Origin: a virus
Lineage: Duplodnaviria > Caudoviricetes
Strand: one strand, 5' to 3'
Virus record (IMG/VR): IMGVR_UViG_3300035182_002389
Coordinates: 1-64,000 of that record
DNA length: 64,000 nucleotides
The position numbers were made by a program, and so were the translations under genes. Positions 19,585 through 30,081 of the stretch are shown here, one piece after another (position 1 is the first letter of the stretch; every line of letters begins with the position of its first letter). The notes under the pieces are model-generated. The model had not been told where the DNA came from. It saw only the letters and a program-made list of their open reading frames with translations, and searched no databases.

Positions 19585-19869
19585 ATGTCTCAGCCCTATT
19601 GCTACGCGGCCTCTCCCGTCTACATGCGAACGACCCTCGTCGCGCACACGAACGAGACCTACGTGCCCTCGTCGACCGTTCCCGCAGCGACGCCGCTGCC
19701 GATGGGATGGACCGTTCTTCAGTCGACGTCGCTGCCTCCGCGCTGGAAGCCGTGCATCGGCTGTGGCGGCACGGGCGGCTCCATGCAACCTGTCGATTGG
19801 GCCGTTCGGCCGCAGTGGATCACGTGCATTCACTGCGGCGGAGGGTGCGGGATGTTCTTGCCGGGCTAG
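19585..19869 (+). CDS. small protein with C-terminal CxxCxGxG zinc finger
   Basis: CIGCGGTG...CIHCGGGCG. Confidence 0.55.
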   Translation: MSQPYCYAASPVYMRTTLVAHTNETYVPSSTVPAATPLPMGWTVLQSTSLPPRWKPCIGCGGTGGSMQPVDWAVRPQWITCIHCGGGCGMFLPG

Positions 19870-20046
19870 CCCGTTCCCGTTCCCGTTCCCGTTCCCAGCG
19901 CGCCGAAGGCGCGCGTTCCCGTTCCCGAATCTCGTGCCGAAGGAGCGTCGAGAGCGAGAGCGAGACGAGATCGGGCAGCGGGAACGCTCGCTGCGCTCGC
20001 TGGGAACGGGAACGGGAACGGGAACGGGAACGGGAACGGGAACGGG
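19870..20046 (+). repeat. Family A element: (GTTCCC)n ... (GGGAAC)n inverted arms with internal cGAAg hairpins
   Basis: 4 GTTCCC units at left, 7 GGGAAC units at right, gcgcgccgaaggcgcgc hairpin, conserved core gagacgagatcgggcagcgggaacgctcgctgcg. Confidence 0.92.
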
Positions 20047-21263
20047 TGAGAATCGAGGAGCTGGGATCGAGGCGCGAGTGTGACGAGGCGACGGGGGTCG
20101 CCCGCGGGAGAGACCATGAAGGCGAAGTTGAAATGCGGCGCGCCCACGCGCACCGCGCAGTTGCATCCATCGATCCGCATCGGCGGCGTCGCGCTCGAAC
20201 GCTGCGAGCGCGACGTGCTGCCAACCATGACGGTGTGCGAGCTGCACGCGTCGCCCGACGCCGTCCGCATCGCGATGACCGCACTCGCGGCGCGGAGGAC
20301 GCCGTGAAGGTCCGTCTGAAGGTCGAGATGAGCGCGGACGTCGTCGTCGAGATGACCGCAGAGCAGTTCGCGGCGCTGGAGGAGAACCTTCCCTGCTGCG
20401 AAGACGGTCTCCCCGGCACGATCCAAATCGACTGGAGCGAGGCGATGAACGGTCTCACTGACCTGGAGATCGTCGACGCGGACGAGGTGAAGCCTCCAAA
20501 ATCGAAGGCGGTCGAACCGTGATCCGGCTCGCCGACCTCGTGAAGAGGGAAGGTTCGCTGAGCCCGAGGCAGGTCGGCCAGGTCCGAAGGTGGCTCGCGG
20601 ACGATTGGGAGACCGCGGATCTCGGCCGAGACGTCGTCAAGCTCATCAAGAGGATGCTCGCGACCATCGACCTCGCAGCGTCCCGCCCGAGGTAGCCCGT
20701 GCATTTCCTCGAAGCGGCAGTGCGCCGTGGAGAGCTTCGCCACCTCCTGCTCAACCAGCGCCACGCAGCCGTCCTCGTGCACGTCCGCGCGAAGGAGAAG
20801 GTCCTCGTCCTCGATCCCGGGCTCCACATCGCCAAGGGCGACGTGCAGTGGCTCGTGCTGCCCGAGGAGTGGCGCATCGTCAGCCCCGACGGCGACGTCA
20901 TTCGCCCTTCAGGGACCTTTCTTGTCACCGTAGAGACCTTCGACCCGTGTCACATGGTTGCCGACGTTCGCGACGATCTCATCCCCTTCTACCTTCGACC
21001 CAAGAAACGGCGCGCGAGATGACCGTTCCCGAAGAGTTTCCGCTCGACCTCATTCGCCTCTGTCGCAAGCACGATGTCGCGATCACGTCATGTCGGTGTG
21101 GCGATGGAATCAAGGCGACGCGCGCGAGCGAAGATGGACCCTTCCTCTGCGGCATCCTTGTTGACGCCGATCATGCCGAAGCGCACACGGGGTACTACAG
21201 CGGCGACGAGATTCGCGTGTCGCTCGACGAGATCGTGGTCGTCGAGCTACGAAAGGAGGAGCC

Positions 21264-21680
21264 ATGATCTCTTCCTTGCTCGCGACCGCATCCTCTTTCG
21301 ATTCCACGACTTACGCCCCGGAGGCCTACCCGTCGTGGAGGACGATCGTCTTGATCTTGACCGCCACTCTCTTGCCGATGCTCGCCGCGATGGTCGTGGT
21401 CATCTGGGCCGTGCTCGCAAAGCGCAAGGTGGTGGTCGCAGCGCCGCCCGTGAGCGCGAACTACAAGATCGAACGCCTGATTGTGCACGGTCCTCGCTGC
21501 CAAGCGTGCGACAAGGCGTTCGTTGACGACGATCTCGTGCTCGCGCTCGAAGGTCGCCCCCTCGCCCATGCGCGCTGCCTCGCGGTGGAAGCGAACAAGC
21601 GCCCCGGCAAGGCAACAGCCCTGCCGCTTCCGCGCACCGACGACGAGCCTTCCAGACCCTCCTCGGAGCGCGTCGTCTGA
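21264..21680 (+). CDS. membrane protein with a zinc/LIM-like motif
   Basis: TM followed by CQAC...HARC. Confidence 0.55.
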   Translation: MISSLLATASSFDSTTYAPEAYPSWRTIVLILTATLLPMLAAMVVVIWAVLAKRKVVVAAPPVSANYKIERLIVHGPRCQACDKAFVDDDLVLALEGRPLAHARCLAVEANKRPGKATALPLPRTDDEPSRPSSERVV

Positions 21681-22148
21681 TGGCCCGCGGACGCGTCAAG
21701 GGACGCCCCTACCGCTTCGCTGGCGCCCGCATCGCAGCGAGTGACAAGCTCGCGTGCATGGTCGAGAGCCCGTCGTTTCCGTTCTACTGCTGCTCGCGCG
21801 TGAAGAGGCACCCAGGCGATCACATCGCCTGCGTGTTTTCCGAATCGACCGACGAGCCATCGAGAACGGTCGCGCAATGGCCGCGCCGTGAGGAGCCCAA
21901 ATGGTGAAGCCGGACCGGCCGTTGAACCTCGACAAGCTGAGCCACCGCTTGCGAGCGAGCAAGCGCATCGGCGTCTCGATGACGTTCATCGATCTCGACG
22001 ACTTTCAGAAGCTCATCGATCTCGCCGAGAAGGTGGAGCTGCTCGGCGCGCTCTACGAGACGCGCAAGACCGATCGCACGACGTACGACGACGTGGCCGC
22101 CGAAGTGATCCGCGCAGGTCGCAGCCTCGCCAAAGGCTCTCTCTGACC

Positions 22149-22163
22149 GGCTCGTCGTAAGTC
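22149..22163. promoter_or_regulatory. GGCTT-N5-AAGCC palindromic operator candidate (variant)
   Basis: ggctc-gtcgt-aagtc, intergenic. Confidence 0.4.
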
Positions 22164-22759
22164 GCATAAGCCGCCGGATTCATAAGCACGTACTTTAGGT
22201 CGTCGATTGGCGTTGCGTTCGAGCCGTTGTGGTGTATTCTCGACATCTGATCTTCTCAGGCGAGGGAAGATCGATTCGGCGAGATGGGGCACATGGCGAA
22301 GAAGGCGGCGGACGAAGGTCTGACGGAGGGGCTGCTTGCTCCGAAGCGGACTCCCATGTTCGAGGCGAGGCTCACGGGCTTTCGCGATGCGCAGCGCGTC
22401 TGCCTTCGCGAGTCCGCGGCCTCGTTCGTCGAGTGGGGAAAACTCCGTGCGGCAGGGGAGCAGGCGAAGCTTGGGCCCGTCCAGGTCCGCTACCAGGCCA
22501 TCCGCGCGCTGCGTGAGAAGATCGAGGAAGCGAGCCGCTGGGCGTGGAACGAGACGACGCTGACGACCGAGTGCGACCACGACCTCACCGTGGACGAGAC
22601 CATCACGAGCGCGAAGTTCTGCCGCCGGTGCGGCGTCGTCGTCGCGGCCGAGTCGCACGAGAGCGTGCTCGAATGGCTGCTCGACAAGCTGAGGAAACGC
22701 GGCGACTCCGAAACTCTCGTCGCTGAAGCTGAAGCCCGCCTGCGTACAAGGAGCGCACC

Positions 22760-24274
22760 ATGAGGCGACGAGAAGGACTGCTTTCGACCGCGTTCGCCGC
22801 GCTCGCCGTGCCCGGATCGGGTTCGTCCATTCAGCACGTGATGGGCGAAACGCTGAAGTACCAGGATCGCTTGGAGGCCGCGGAGCATCTCCCCGACCCG
22901 CCGACGATGCCCCTGTGGGACATCTTCCTCGGGCTCGACACGCTGGACCTCGTCAAGCTCGTGCTCCTCATGAACGTGCAGAAGATTGTCGTCGAGAACG
23001 TTGCGAAGGCCGAAAAAGTCGGCAATCGGACGGTCGGCGAGGTCTGGGAAATGTGCGTTATGGCCGTGTCCAGTCGGAAGCTTCCGAAGCAGGCGGTGAT
23101 CGACGCGAAACGCATCATGACCAACGGCGCGAACATGGAGTCGCAGAACCAACTTCGATACGGGTGTCTGACCGCGATTCGATCTTTGCAAGAAGAGCCC
23201 GAGCGCCAGATCGAGGCGGCGCGCGCTCTTGCCAAGAGCGACTCGACGCTGATGGACGAAGAGACGCGCGAGGTGATCGAAGCGGTCGTCGAAGAAATCG
23301 AGCGCAACATGCGCAAGGACGGCAAGCTCGGAGCTTCGTCGCCAGCGCAGGCTTTTGCTTCCGCGGTGAATAGGAAGCTGTTGCAAAGGCCCACGTCGAC
23401 GATTCGGCAGCCCGCACGTCTCGTGATGATTGAGTGGGGGGCGCACGCGCTGGCCCTCTCCAACGCGGGCGAAGCCGACGGTCTCGACCGATCCGCATTC
23501 GAGCTGACGCGGGCAAGCCTCTCGGATCAAGAGCTGCGAGATGGTTCGGAAGAATCCGAAAAAATGGCCCAGGCGGCTGAGATTGCAGTCTTCATGGGCG
23601 TCGCTTGGGCCGCGTGCGGCTTTCCACAAATCGTACCTTCCCACAAACTCGCCGCCGCTCTCATGGCTACGGACTTGCCGGAAAACGTCGAACTTCACCT
23701 GCCGTGGAACTCTTTCGCCGTGGTTGTGCCTGACGGTCTTTTGCCCGAAGACGCTTCCAGTTCGCGTTACAAGTCGGTCGATATGATCGGCTTGGCGATC
23801 AGCGGAGAAGCGAAAATCGGCGTGTGGATTGGGCACAAAAACCACGGCATCATCGGGGTCGATACATTTCCTTCGCTTGGCGAGATGCTCGCCTGCAAGA
23901 GCTATGAGCCGGAGCAGGAGCTGCTCATGCGCCTTCTCATCGGCTGCATTTTGGAGATGGATTCGCCTCGCGCGCGCGAAGGTGTCCGCACAAGTGCCAT
24001 CGCAAGGAAGAAAAGCAGGGAAGACAAGCGTCCGACCGCGTGGAGTTTCGAGCTGAAGCGAGACGTGAAGGTCGACTGTCGCTCGTGGGTGCGCGACTAC
24101 GTCTCCTCGGGCGGGACTTCTCCGTCGGTCCGATCGCTTGTGCGCGGACACCAGAAGAGGCAACGCTACGGCCCCGGCGGAGCGCTCCGAAAGTGGATTC
24201 ACATCGAGCCTTATTGGAAGGGGCCGCTCGACGGCCCGATTGCTGTGCGAGCGCACAAAATCGGAGCCTCGTGA
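22760..24274 (+). CDS. large hypothetical protein with conserved phage C-terminal VRGH..RQ..G..RKWIHIEPYWKG domain
   Basis: C-terminal motif recurrent in phage ORFs; lower GC3 than neighbours. Confidence 0.65.
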   Translation: MRRREGLLSTAFAALAVPGSGSSIQHVMGETLKYQDRLEAAEHLPDPPTMPLWDIFLGLDTLDLVKLVLLMNVQKIVVENVAKAEKVGNRTVGEVWEMCVMAVSSRKLPKQAVIDAKRIMTNGANMESQNQLRYGCLTAIRSLQEEPERQIEAARALAKSDSTLMDEETREVIEAVVEEIERNMRKDGKLGASSPAQAFASAVNRKLLQRPTSTIRQPARLVMIEWGAHALALSNAGEADGLDRSAFELTRASLSDQELRDGSEESEKMAQAAEIAVFMGVAWAACGFPQIVPSHKLAAALMATDLPENVELHLPWNSFAVVVPDGLLPEDASSSRYKSVDMIGLAISGEAKIGVWIGHKNHGIIGVDTFPSLGEMLACKSYEPEQELLMRLLIGCILEMDSPRAREGVRTSAIARKKSREDKRPTAWSFELKRDVKVDCRSWVRDYVSSGGTSPSVRSLVRGHQKRQRYGPGGALRKWIHIEPYWKGPLDGPIAVRAHKIGAS

Positions 24275-25002
24275 AGCTCTACTTCAAGGTCGGCACGATG
24301 CCGGCTCGCTACTACGACGTCTACCGCAAGAGGAAGGCGCCTGTCGTCGGTGACGTCTTCAAGATCATCGACACCGCCGTCGCCGGCAGCAAACCGTTCC
24401 AGGTGCGTCTCACCGAGATCAAGCTGAACCCGTTTGCGGTCGCCATTTACTTCGTCGAGCAGTGGTGAAAGGAAACCGTTCGTTGGCCCTCATCGACCTC
24501 AAGCTCTCCCACAACGCGCTGCTCAGCATCTTCGACCTCCGAGGCGTCGGCGTCGACGGATGGCTCTCCATGAAGCGGGGAGAGGTCACGGCCCGCGACA
24601 CCATCCACGTCGACGAGGCGGTCACGATGGACGTCCTCTACATGCTCGTCGAGACGCTCGTGCGCGCCTCGCCGCCCATCTCCGAGCTGTTCGCCGTGGA
24701 GGTGTCGGAGAGCCGCGCTCGGGAGCTGTCCGGCGGCAGCGAGGAGCCATCATGAGCGAGAAGGACGAGTTCATCGCTCTGCCCGTCGACATCTCGAAGG
24801 TCGAGTTCGTTCCGATCGCTATCCATCTCTCGGCGGAGACGGTCCGCGGCATGTGCCGTCACTGTCGCGCGATGCGTGAGCAAGGGGCGAGCGAGGAGGA
24901 GATCAAGGCCTCCCACGACGCAGGGCTCAAGAAGCTCTTCAACGAGGGCGACGTCTACTACTGCGACACCGATCGCGACGACAGCAACAAGGAGGAACCT
25001 TC

Positions 25003-25308
25003 GTGAAGGTCATCGAACGCGCGCCGGCGAAGAAGCCGTGGTCGGCCGAAGCGGAGTGCATCGGCTACGGCAACGGCAGCCCGAAAGGCTGCGGCTCGAA
25101 GCTTCTGGTCGAGGAGGGCGACCTCTACAAGACGTACAGGGACTACTCCCGTGAGAACGCGGCCTCGGGCATCTACCCGACGTTCACGTGCCCGGTCTGC
25201 CACGCCGAGACCGACGTGCCGCTCAAGGGCTTCTCTTCGCATCTGCTCGCGAGGCTTCCCGCGAGGGGTGAACACCCTCTCTACCAGGCGGCGAGGGACG
25301 AGCGATGA
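25003..25308 (+). CDS. zinc-ribbon protein, tandem paralog 1
   Basis: C.G.GNG..GC..KLLVE.GDLYKT...FTC..C. Confidence 0.7.
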   Translation: MKVIERAPAKKPWSAEAECIGYGNGSPKGCGSKLLVEEGDLYKTYRDYSRENAASGIYPTFTCPVCHAETDVPLKGFSSHLLARLPARGEHPLYQAARDER

Positions 25309-25604
25309 AGGTCCTCGAAAAAGGGCGCCCGCAGGCGGGCTGGTCGGTCGAGACCATGTGCACGGGCGCAGGCAACGGCAACGGAGGTTGTCGCGCGAAG
25401 CTCCTCGTCGAGCAGGGCGACCTCTACAAGACCGAGAGCAGCGCTCGGGACGAGACGACGACGTACACCACCTTCACGTGCGCCGACTGCGGCGTCGAAA
25501 CCGACCTGCCCTCGCACATGGTCCCCGGACGCGTGCAGAACCTTCTGCCGAAGAAGTCCAATCACCCGATCTACCGCGACCAGAAAGACAAGGGCCTCCT
25601 ATGA
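25305..25604 (+). CDS. zinc-ribbon protein, tandem paralog 2
   Basis: Same motif as the upstream gene. Confidence 0.7.
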   Translation: MKVLEKGRPQAGWSVETMCTGAGNGNGGCRAKLLVEQGDLYKTESSARDETTTYTTFTCADCGVETDLPSHMVPGRVQNLLPKKSNHPIYRDQKDKGLL

Positions 25605-25915
25605 GCATCGACGGCAGCAAATACGAGTGGAAGCTCTGGGTCGGCCAGGACGAGACGATCAAGATCGAGATCGTCGGTGAGTTCGACGACGCCGGGCCCA
25701 TGCCGATGCCGAACCTCGGCCACACGGTCGACGCCTCCGTCTACGCGCAAGAGGAGACCGTCTGCCACGACAACCTCGACATGGAGAACGCCGTCGCGCT
25801 CTGGAACGCGATCGGCCTCGCGATCCTCCAGGCGGGCGGCAAGCTCGAAGTCGAGGATGCCATTCGTCAGGCCGTCCTCGAAGACCGTTTGTCCGACAAC
25901 TGAGGGAGCGTCGTC

Positions 25916-26353
25916 ATGAAGGAAGAAGTGAGAGCCCAGGTTCGAGAGATCGACGGACAGCTCGTGCTCGATGACCCCGACGCCCTCGCGGTCCTGAAGG
26001 TCGTCGCGAAGCTCAACTGCGCGGCCCTCTTCGACGACAGCAAGGAGCGCGTCGCCCACTTCGCGAGGCGCGTCGTCGAGCGCGGCCTCAAGTCCGAGGA
26101 CGTGGTCATCACGATCCTCAACGTCGACGACGTGCACGGCGGCCCCATCGCCGACATCCTCATGCCGAACCACCCGTGGGAGGAGTACCGAGCGCGCGGC
26201 GAGCTGCCCGTCGCGCGAGGGCTCGCCGGGCGCGAAGGCATCCAGGCCGTCCTCGAAGACTTCGACAAGGAGGCCGCGGCGAAGCTCCGGGCCTACAAGG
26301 GCGTCGCGGTCGTGGTCGTCGACCACGGCGTCGCCGAAGTCTACCCGACGTAG
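25916..26353 (+). CDS. hypothetical protein
   Basis: GGAG RBS; coding-like. Confidence 0.6.
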   Translation: MKEEVRAQVREIDGQLVLDDPDALAVLKVVAKLNCAALFDDSKERVAHFARRVVERGLKSEDVVITILNVDDVHGGPIADILMPNHPWEEYRARGELPVARGLAGREGIQAVLEDFDKEAAAKLRAYKGVAVVVVDHGVAEVYPT

Positions 26354-26621
26354 GAGGACGACCATGCACACCCTCGAAGTCAGTCACGGCTCGATCCGCG
26401 AAGGTCTCGCGACCATGCGCGTGCACCACAACAGCGATTGGTCGGGCACCGCGATCGTGCACATCGGCCGCAACGACTCGACGTACGATTTTGAGATCCC
26501 GGGCGAGATCCTCGTCAAGCTCGCCTCCTCGATCCTCGGCCCTTCGCTGCACAGCTCGCTCGACGACATGCTCGACAACCTCGTCCGAAGGGCGATGGAG
26601 TAGAGCGTCCGAGGTAAGGTC

Positions 26622-26636
26622 GGCTTTCGACAAGCC
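26622..26636. promoter_or_regulatory. GGCTT-N5-AAGCC operator candidate
   Basis: ggctt-tcgac-aagcc, intergenic; identical to 48523. Confidence 0.55.
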
Positions 26637-27239
26637 GGGATGGGCAGAGCAACGGTCATGGTGGACACCTGGCATCAATGCGTCGGTTGCCGGCGCTGGT
26701 TCTACGACGAGGAAGATCACGACGGCCACATGCCGTGCCCGGGGATGATGATGGAGCTGTTTCCCGAGACCTGTTCTCACGCGAAGCCCGACCTGCGAGC
26801 CCTCGACGATCTGCTGCTCGGCATCCAACGGGGCCGCGTCACCCTCGTGCGCGCGAAGGCGACCCTGGCGCGTTGGCTCGCGGGCGAGGACGTGAGGAAC
26901 GAGGTGCAGCTCGACGCGCCCATCCACGTCGACCCGGACTCGCCGCGGGCGGTGCTCGAATGGCTCATCGACACGCTCGGCCGACACATGTGGGCTTACC
27001 CCAAGTCGCTCGCAAAGCAGGCGGCCGAGGCCATCATGCGCAGCGACGCTGCCCCCTACCAAGCGTTCCCCGTCACGTCGCCCGATCTTCTCGACCGCGC
27101 GCTCGACCAGCTCGAACGCTCGAATGAGCAAGACCGCGAGCACTTCTTCCTCCGGCTTCGGGCGCGCTTCTGCCTCGCGTGCGGGAGCAAGACCGACCAC
27201 CGCCCCTGTTTCTGCGAAAACGATGAGTGAAGGAGAACC

Positions 27240-27875
27240 ATGTCGAACGTTCGCACCCTTTTCGGAGGCGGCCCGAACAGTCCGCCTCGCACGGCCAAGC
27301 GCCCTCGCGGCAAGAAGCTCGACCCGGACTTCGGCAACATGTCCGCGCCGTCTTTTGTCCGCCTCTACATGCGTATTCAGGAGTCCCTCATGATCACCTT
27401 GCCCACCTGGCGCGAGAAGCTCCAGGCCCAGATCCCCCGCGTCATCGGCGTTCTCAACCATCTCCAGCGCGGCGGGCCGACCGACCCCATCACGCTCGAC
27501 GCTTCCTACCGCCAGTCCGAGAAGGACGGCTACGGAGGCGACGGCCCGAAGAAGGTTTCGCCGGGGCAGAACGTGTCAATCGAGATCGAGTGCGAGCTGG
27601 GCTCGTTCGAGCCCGTCGACATCGTCGTCGACGCGTCCATCGCGCGCTACTTCGACATCATCTCGTTCAAGGTCGGTCGCGACGAGCAGCTCTGCTCGCA
27701 GAAGCCCGTCTCGGCGACGCACTACGCGAGCGATCAGGCTCTCCGGCGCCCGAACAAGATGATGACGTGCAAGACGCACCTCAAGATGTGCCTCGTGGTG
27801 CGCAACATCGGCCAGAAACCGCACACGTTCCGGGCAGTCGTCGTCGGCCGGCTCATGCCGACGCCGTGGGTGTAG
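27240..27875 (+). CDS. beta-sandwich (possible jelly-roll-like) protein related to the minus-strand paralogs
   Basis: FEPVDIVV..FDIISFKVGRDEQ..VRN....FRAVVVG pattern shared with ORFs at 48649 and 50541. Confidence 0.55.
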   Translation: MSNVRTLFGGGPNSPPRTAKRPRGKKLDPDFGNMSAPSFVRLYMRIQESLMITLPTWREKLQAQIPRVIGVLNHLQRGGPTDPITLDASYRQSEKDGYGGDGPKKVSPGQNVSIEIECELGSFEPVDIVVDASIARYFDIISFKVGRDEQLCSQKPVSATHYASDQALRRPNKMMTCKTHLKMCLVVRNIGQKPHTFRAVVVGRLMPTPWV

Positions 27876-27906
27876 CAGGGTCCGGGGCGCGCTCGATTTC
27901 GTCCTC

Positions 27907-28026
27907 GTTCCCGTTCCCGTTCCCAGCGCCGAAGGCGCGTTCCCGTTCCCGAAACCCGCCGAAAGCGAGACGAGATCGGGCAGCAGGAACGCTCGCTGCG
28001 CGAGCTGGGAACGGGAACGGGAACGG
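27907..28026 (+). repeat. Family A element, intergenic
   Basis: Same arms and core as 19870. Confidence 0.92.
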
Positions 28027-28029
28027 AGC

Positions 28030-28058
28030 TTGACGAGATGGATAAGGTCATATAGTAT
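28030..28058 (+). promoter_or_regulatory. sigma70 promoter
   Basis: TTGACG-17-TAGTAT immediately after the family A element. Confidence 0.65.
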
Positions 28059-28093
28059 GGCCTTATCAACGTTCGAGGCGAGGAGAGCGGACC

Positions 28094-28594
28094 ATGGCGA
28101 CGCGTAGGCCCACCATCCACAACGAAGAGGTCGTCGGCCTCGCGGCGAGAAACCTCGTCGCCAAAGCCGTGCGCGAAGATGCGAACTTGGAGGGTCGAGA
28201 GGACGATTTTCTCGTCGGCGTTTCCCACGCGATCCAGTACAACGACGACGGCTACGACATCTGCCGATCGCTGGAGAGCGACGGTTGGGAGCCCGACGCA
28301 AAGCTCGTCGAGATCATGGACCAAGCCATCTTCGAGAAGATGGAAGCGCTCTCGACCGCCGAGCAGGTGTGGGCGGCGAAGGAGAAGATCGTCATGCGGT
28401 TCGGCGTGCGGGAAGCCGTCACGTTCGCCGACCGCACCGGCGCGTGGCAGAGGGGCGTGATCCTCTCGGTGGACGAGCGCCGCGCGAAGTACACGGTCTT
28501 CTGCGAAGCGCTCGGACACGTCCCGCAAGGTCAGAGCGGTGTGAGCGGCGTCATCCTGAACGAAGAAGAATGTTCGGCCGCGGAGGGCGTGTGA
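28094..28594 (+). CDS. hypothetical protein
   Basis: AGGAG RBS. Confidence 0.65.
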   Translation: MATRRPTIHNEEVVGLAARNLVAKAVREDANLEGREDDFLVGVSHAIQYNDDGYDICRSLESDGWEPDAKLVEIMDQAIFEKMEALSTAEQVWAAKEKIVMRFGVREAVTFADRTGAWQRGVILSVDERRAKYTVFCEALGHVPQGQSGVSGVILNEEECSAAEGV

Positions 28595-28659
28595 AAGCCG
28601 GGAAGACTGCGAAGCCTGCGAAGCTGCCGACGCTCGCCGAGATCGAGGTCGCGCTCGGC

Positions 28660-28716
28660 GAGGTCGGGCAGCGGGAACGCTCGCTGCGCGAGCTGGCAAC
28701 GGGAACGGGAACGGGA
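28660..28716 (+). repeat. Family A right-half fragment
   Basis: gaggtcgggcagcgggaacgctcgctgcgcgagctggcaacgggaacgggaacggg. Confidence 0.85.
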
Positions 28717-28726
28717 TGGAGAAGCC

Positions 28727-29299
28727 ATGAAGCCGACGACGATCCTGGTGGAAGTGCCGCAAGCGATGATGGACGCCGCGCTCGCGGACGAGCACGGCGA
28801 CGACATCACGATCCTGACCAACCACGTGCTCGAAGCGGGCGCGCTGCGAAAGCGTCAGCACGCGTTCGTCGAGCCGGGGCTCTCTGCGCTCGAAGGACTC
28901 ACGATCAAGGGCGTCTACATCGGCGTGCTGCGCGACGAGCTGACGTTCGTCACCGAAGAGAAGGGGCTCATCTCCTTTCGCACGCACAACGGCCCCTGCG
29001 TGCGCACGACCTTCGCGGCCCAAGGTGCCGCGCACCTGCACGGCAAAATCTCGCACGTCGTCGCGATGCACGACCCGGCTCCCGGCGAAGAGCCCCACTA
29101 CAACGGCCGGTACGAGTGGTCGCTCGTGACCGTGAAGGGCAACCACCTCATCAAGATTTGGATCGAGGGTCACGGCGCCTGGGAGTCGTCGATGATGCCG
29201 GGCTACGAGGCCGACTACGAGCACGTCCCGCAGACTGTCGAACGACGCCTGCGCGGCGACTCGCCTCCGGTCGAGCTGAAGAAGCGAGCGACGCTGTGA
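28727..29299 (+). CDS. hypothetical protein
   Basis: GGAG RBS. Confidence 0.6.
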   Translation: MKPTTILVEVPQAMMDAALADEHGDDITILTNHVLEAGALRKRQHAFVEPGLSALEGLTIKGVYIGVLRDELTFVTEEKGLISFRTHNGPCVRTTFAAQGAAHLHGKISHVVAMHDPAPGEEPHYNGRYEWSLVTVKGNHLIKIWIEGHGAWESSMMPGYEADYEHVPQTVERRLRGDSPPVELKKRATL

Positions 29300-30081
29300 A
29301 CGAGCTGGGCGGCGTGACGGTCGATCTCATCGTCGAGATCAAGGTCGAGGACCGGCGCGCTGCCGCAGCCGCTTTCTACAAGGTTGCCCCCGACGCGACG
29401 TTCTCCGGCGCCGTCGAGCGTTGGATCCTCACGGGCGAAGCTGGTCACGTGCCCACCATCCTCATCGCCATCGCGAAAGCCATCGCCGAAGCGCACGCGC
29501 AAAGCTTCCGCCGCGGCTACGAGTGCGGCCACGAACACGCGCGCGCCGACCGCGAAATCTCGGAGCGAATGAACAAGCTGAGGATCAAACGATGACCTCC
29601 CGGATGCACTACGAAGCCGCCGTCGGCCGCGCCGCGATCAAGACGCAGAAGGCGAAAGACGCCCTGCGAAGCTTCCTCGTGAGGAAAGCCCTGGAGCAGC
29701 TCGACTACCGCTCGGACCCGAACTTCGCCGCGCCGCGCACGCTCAAACCCGTCGATCTCATTCGGGCGAGCACCTTCGATCTTGGGGTCATCGCCGCGAA
29801 CTTCGGACGTGGCGACTTGCACGACGCGCTGCTCGAAGCCGAGGTCGAGCTTGCGAGGGCCATCGACGCGCTGGAGAACGCCGAGAAGACCGAGACCTTC
29901 ACGGAGGAAGGGTCGTGAGCGCCGGATCGAAGTTCGCGGACGACTTTGCCATCGCGCTGCGAAGGGCGCTCGCCGCCCTCGCGGTCGGGATCGTGATGAT
30001 CGGCCTCGGCGCCTACCTCATCGGTTGGCACTTCGGGCACAAGAAGGCGTGCGAGATTCCGAGCACGTGTGGGAAAGCGCC

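Noticed and set aside
19866-20426. ORFs reading as FPFPFP, GTGTGT or ERERER repeats
   Set aside because: Translations of the intergenic family A hexamer arms, not genes.
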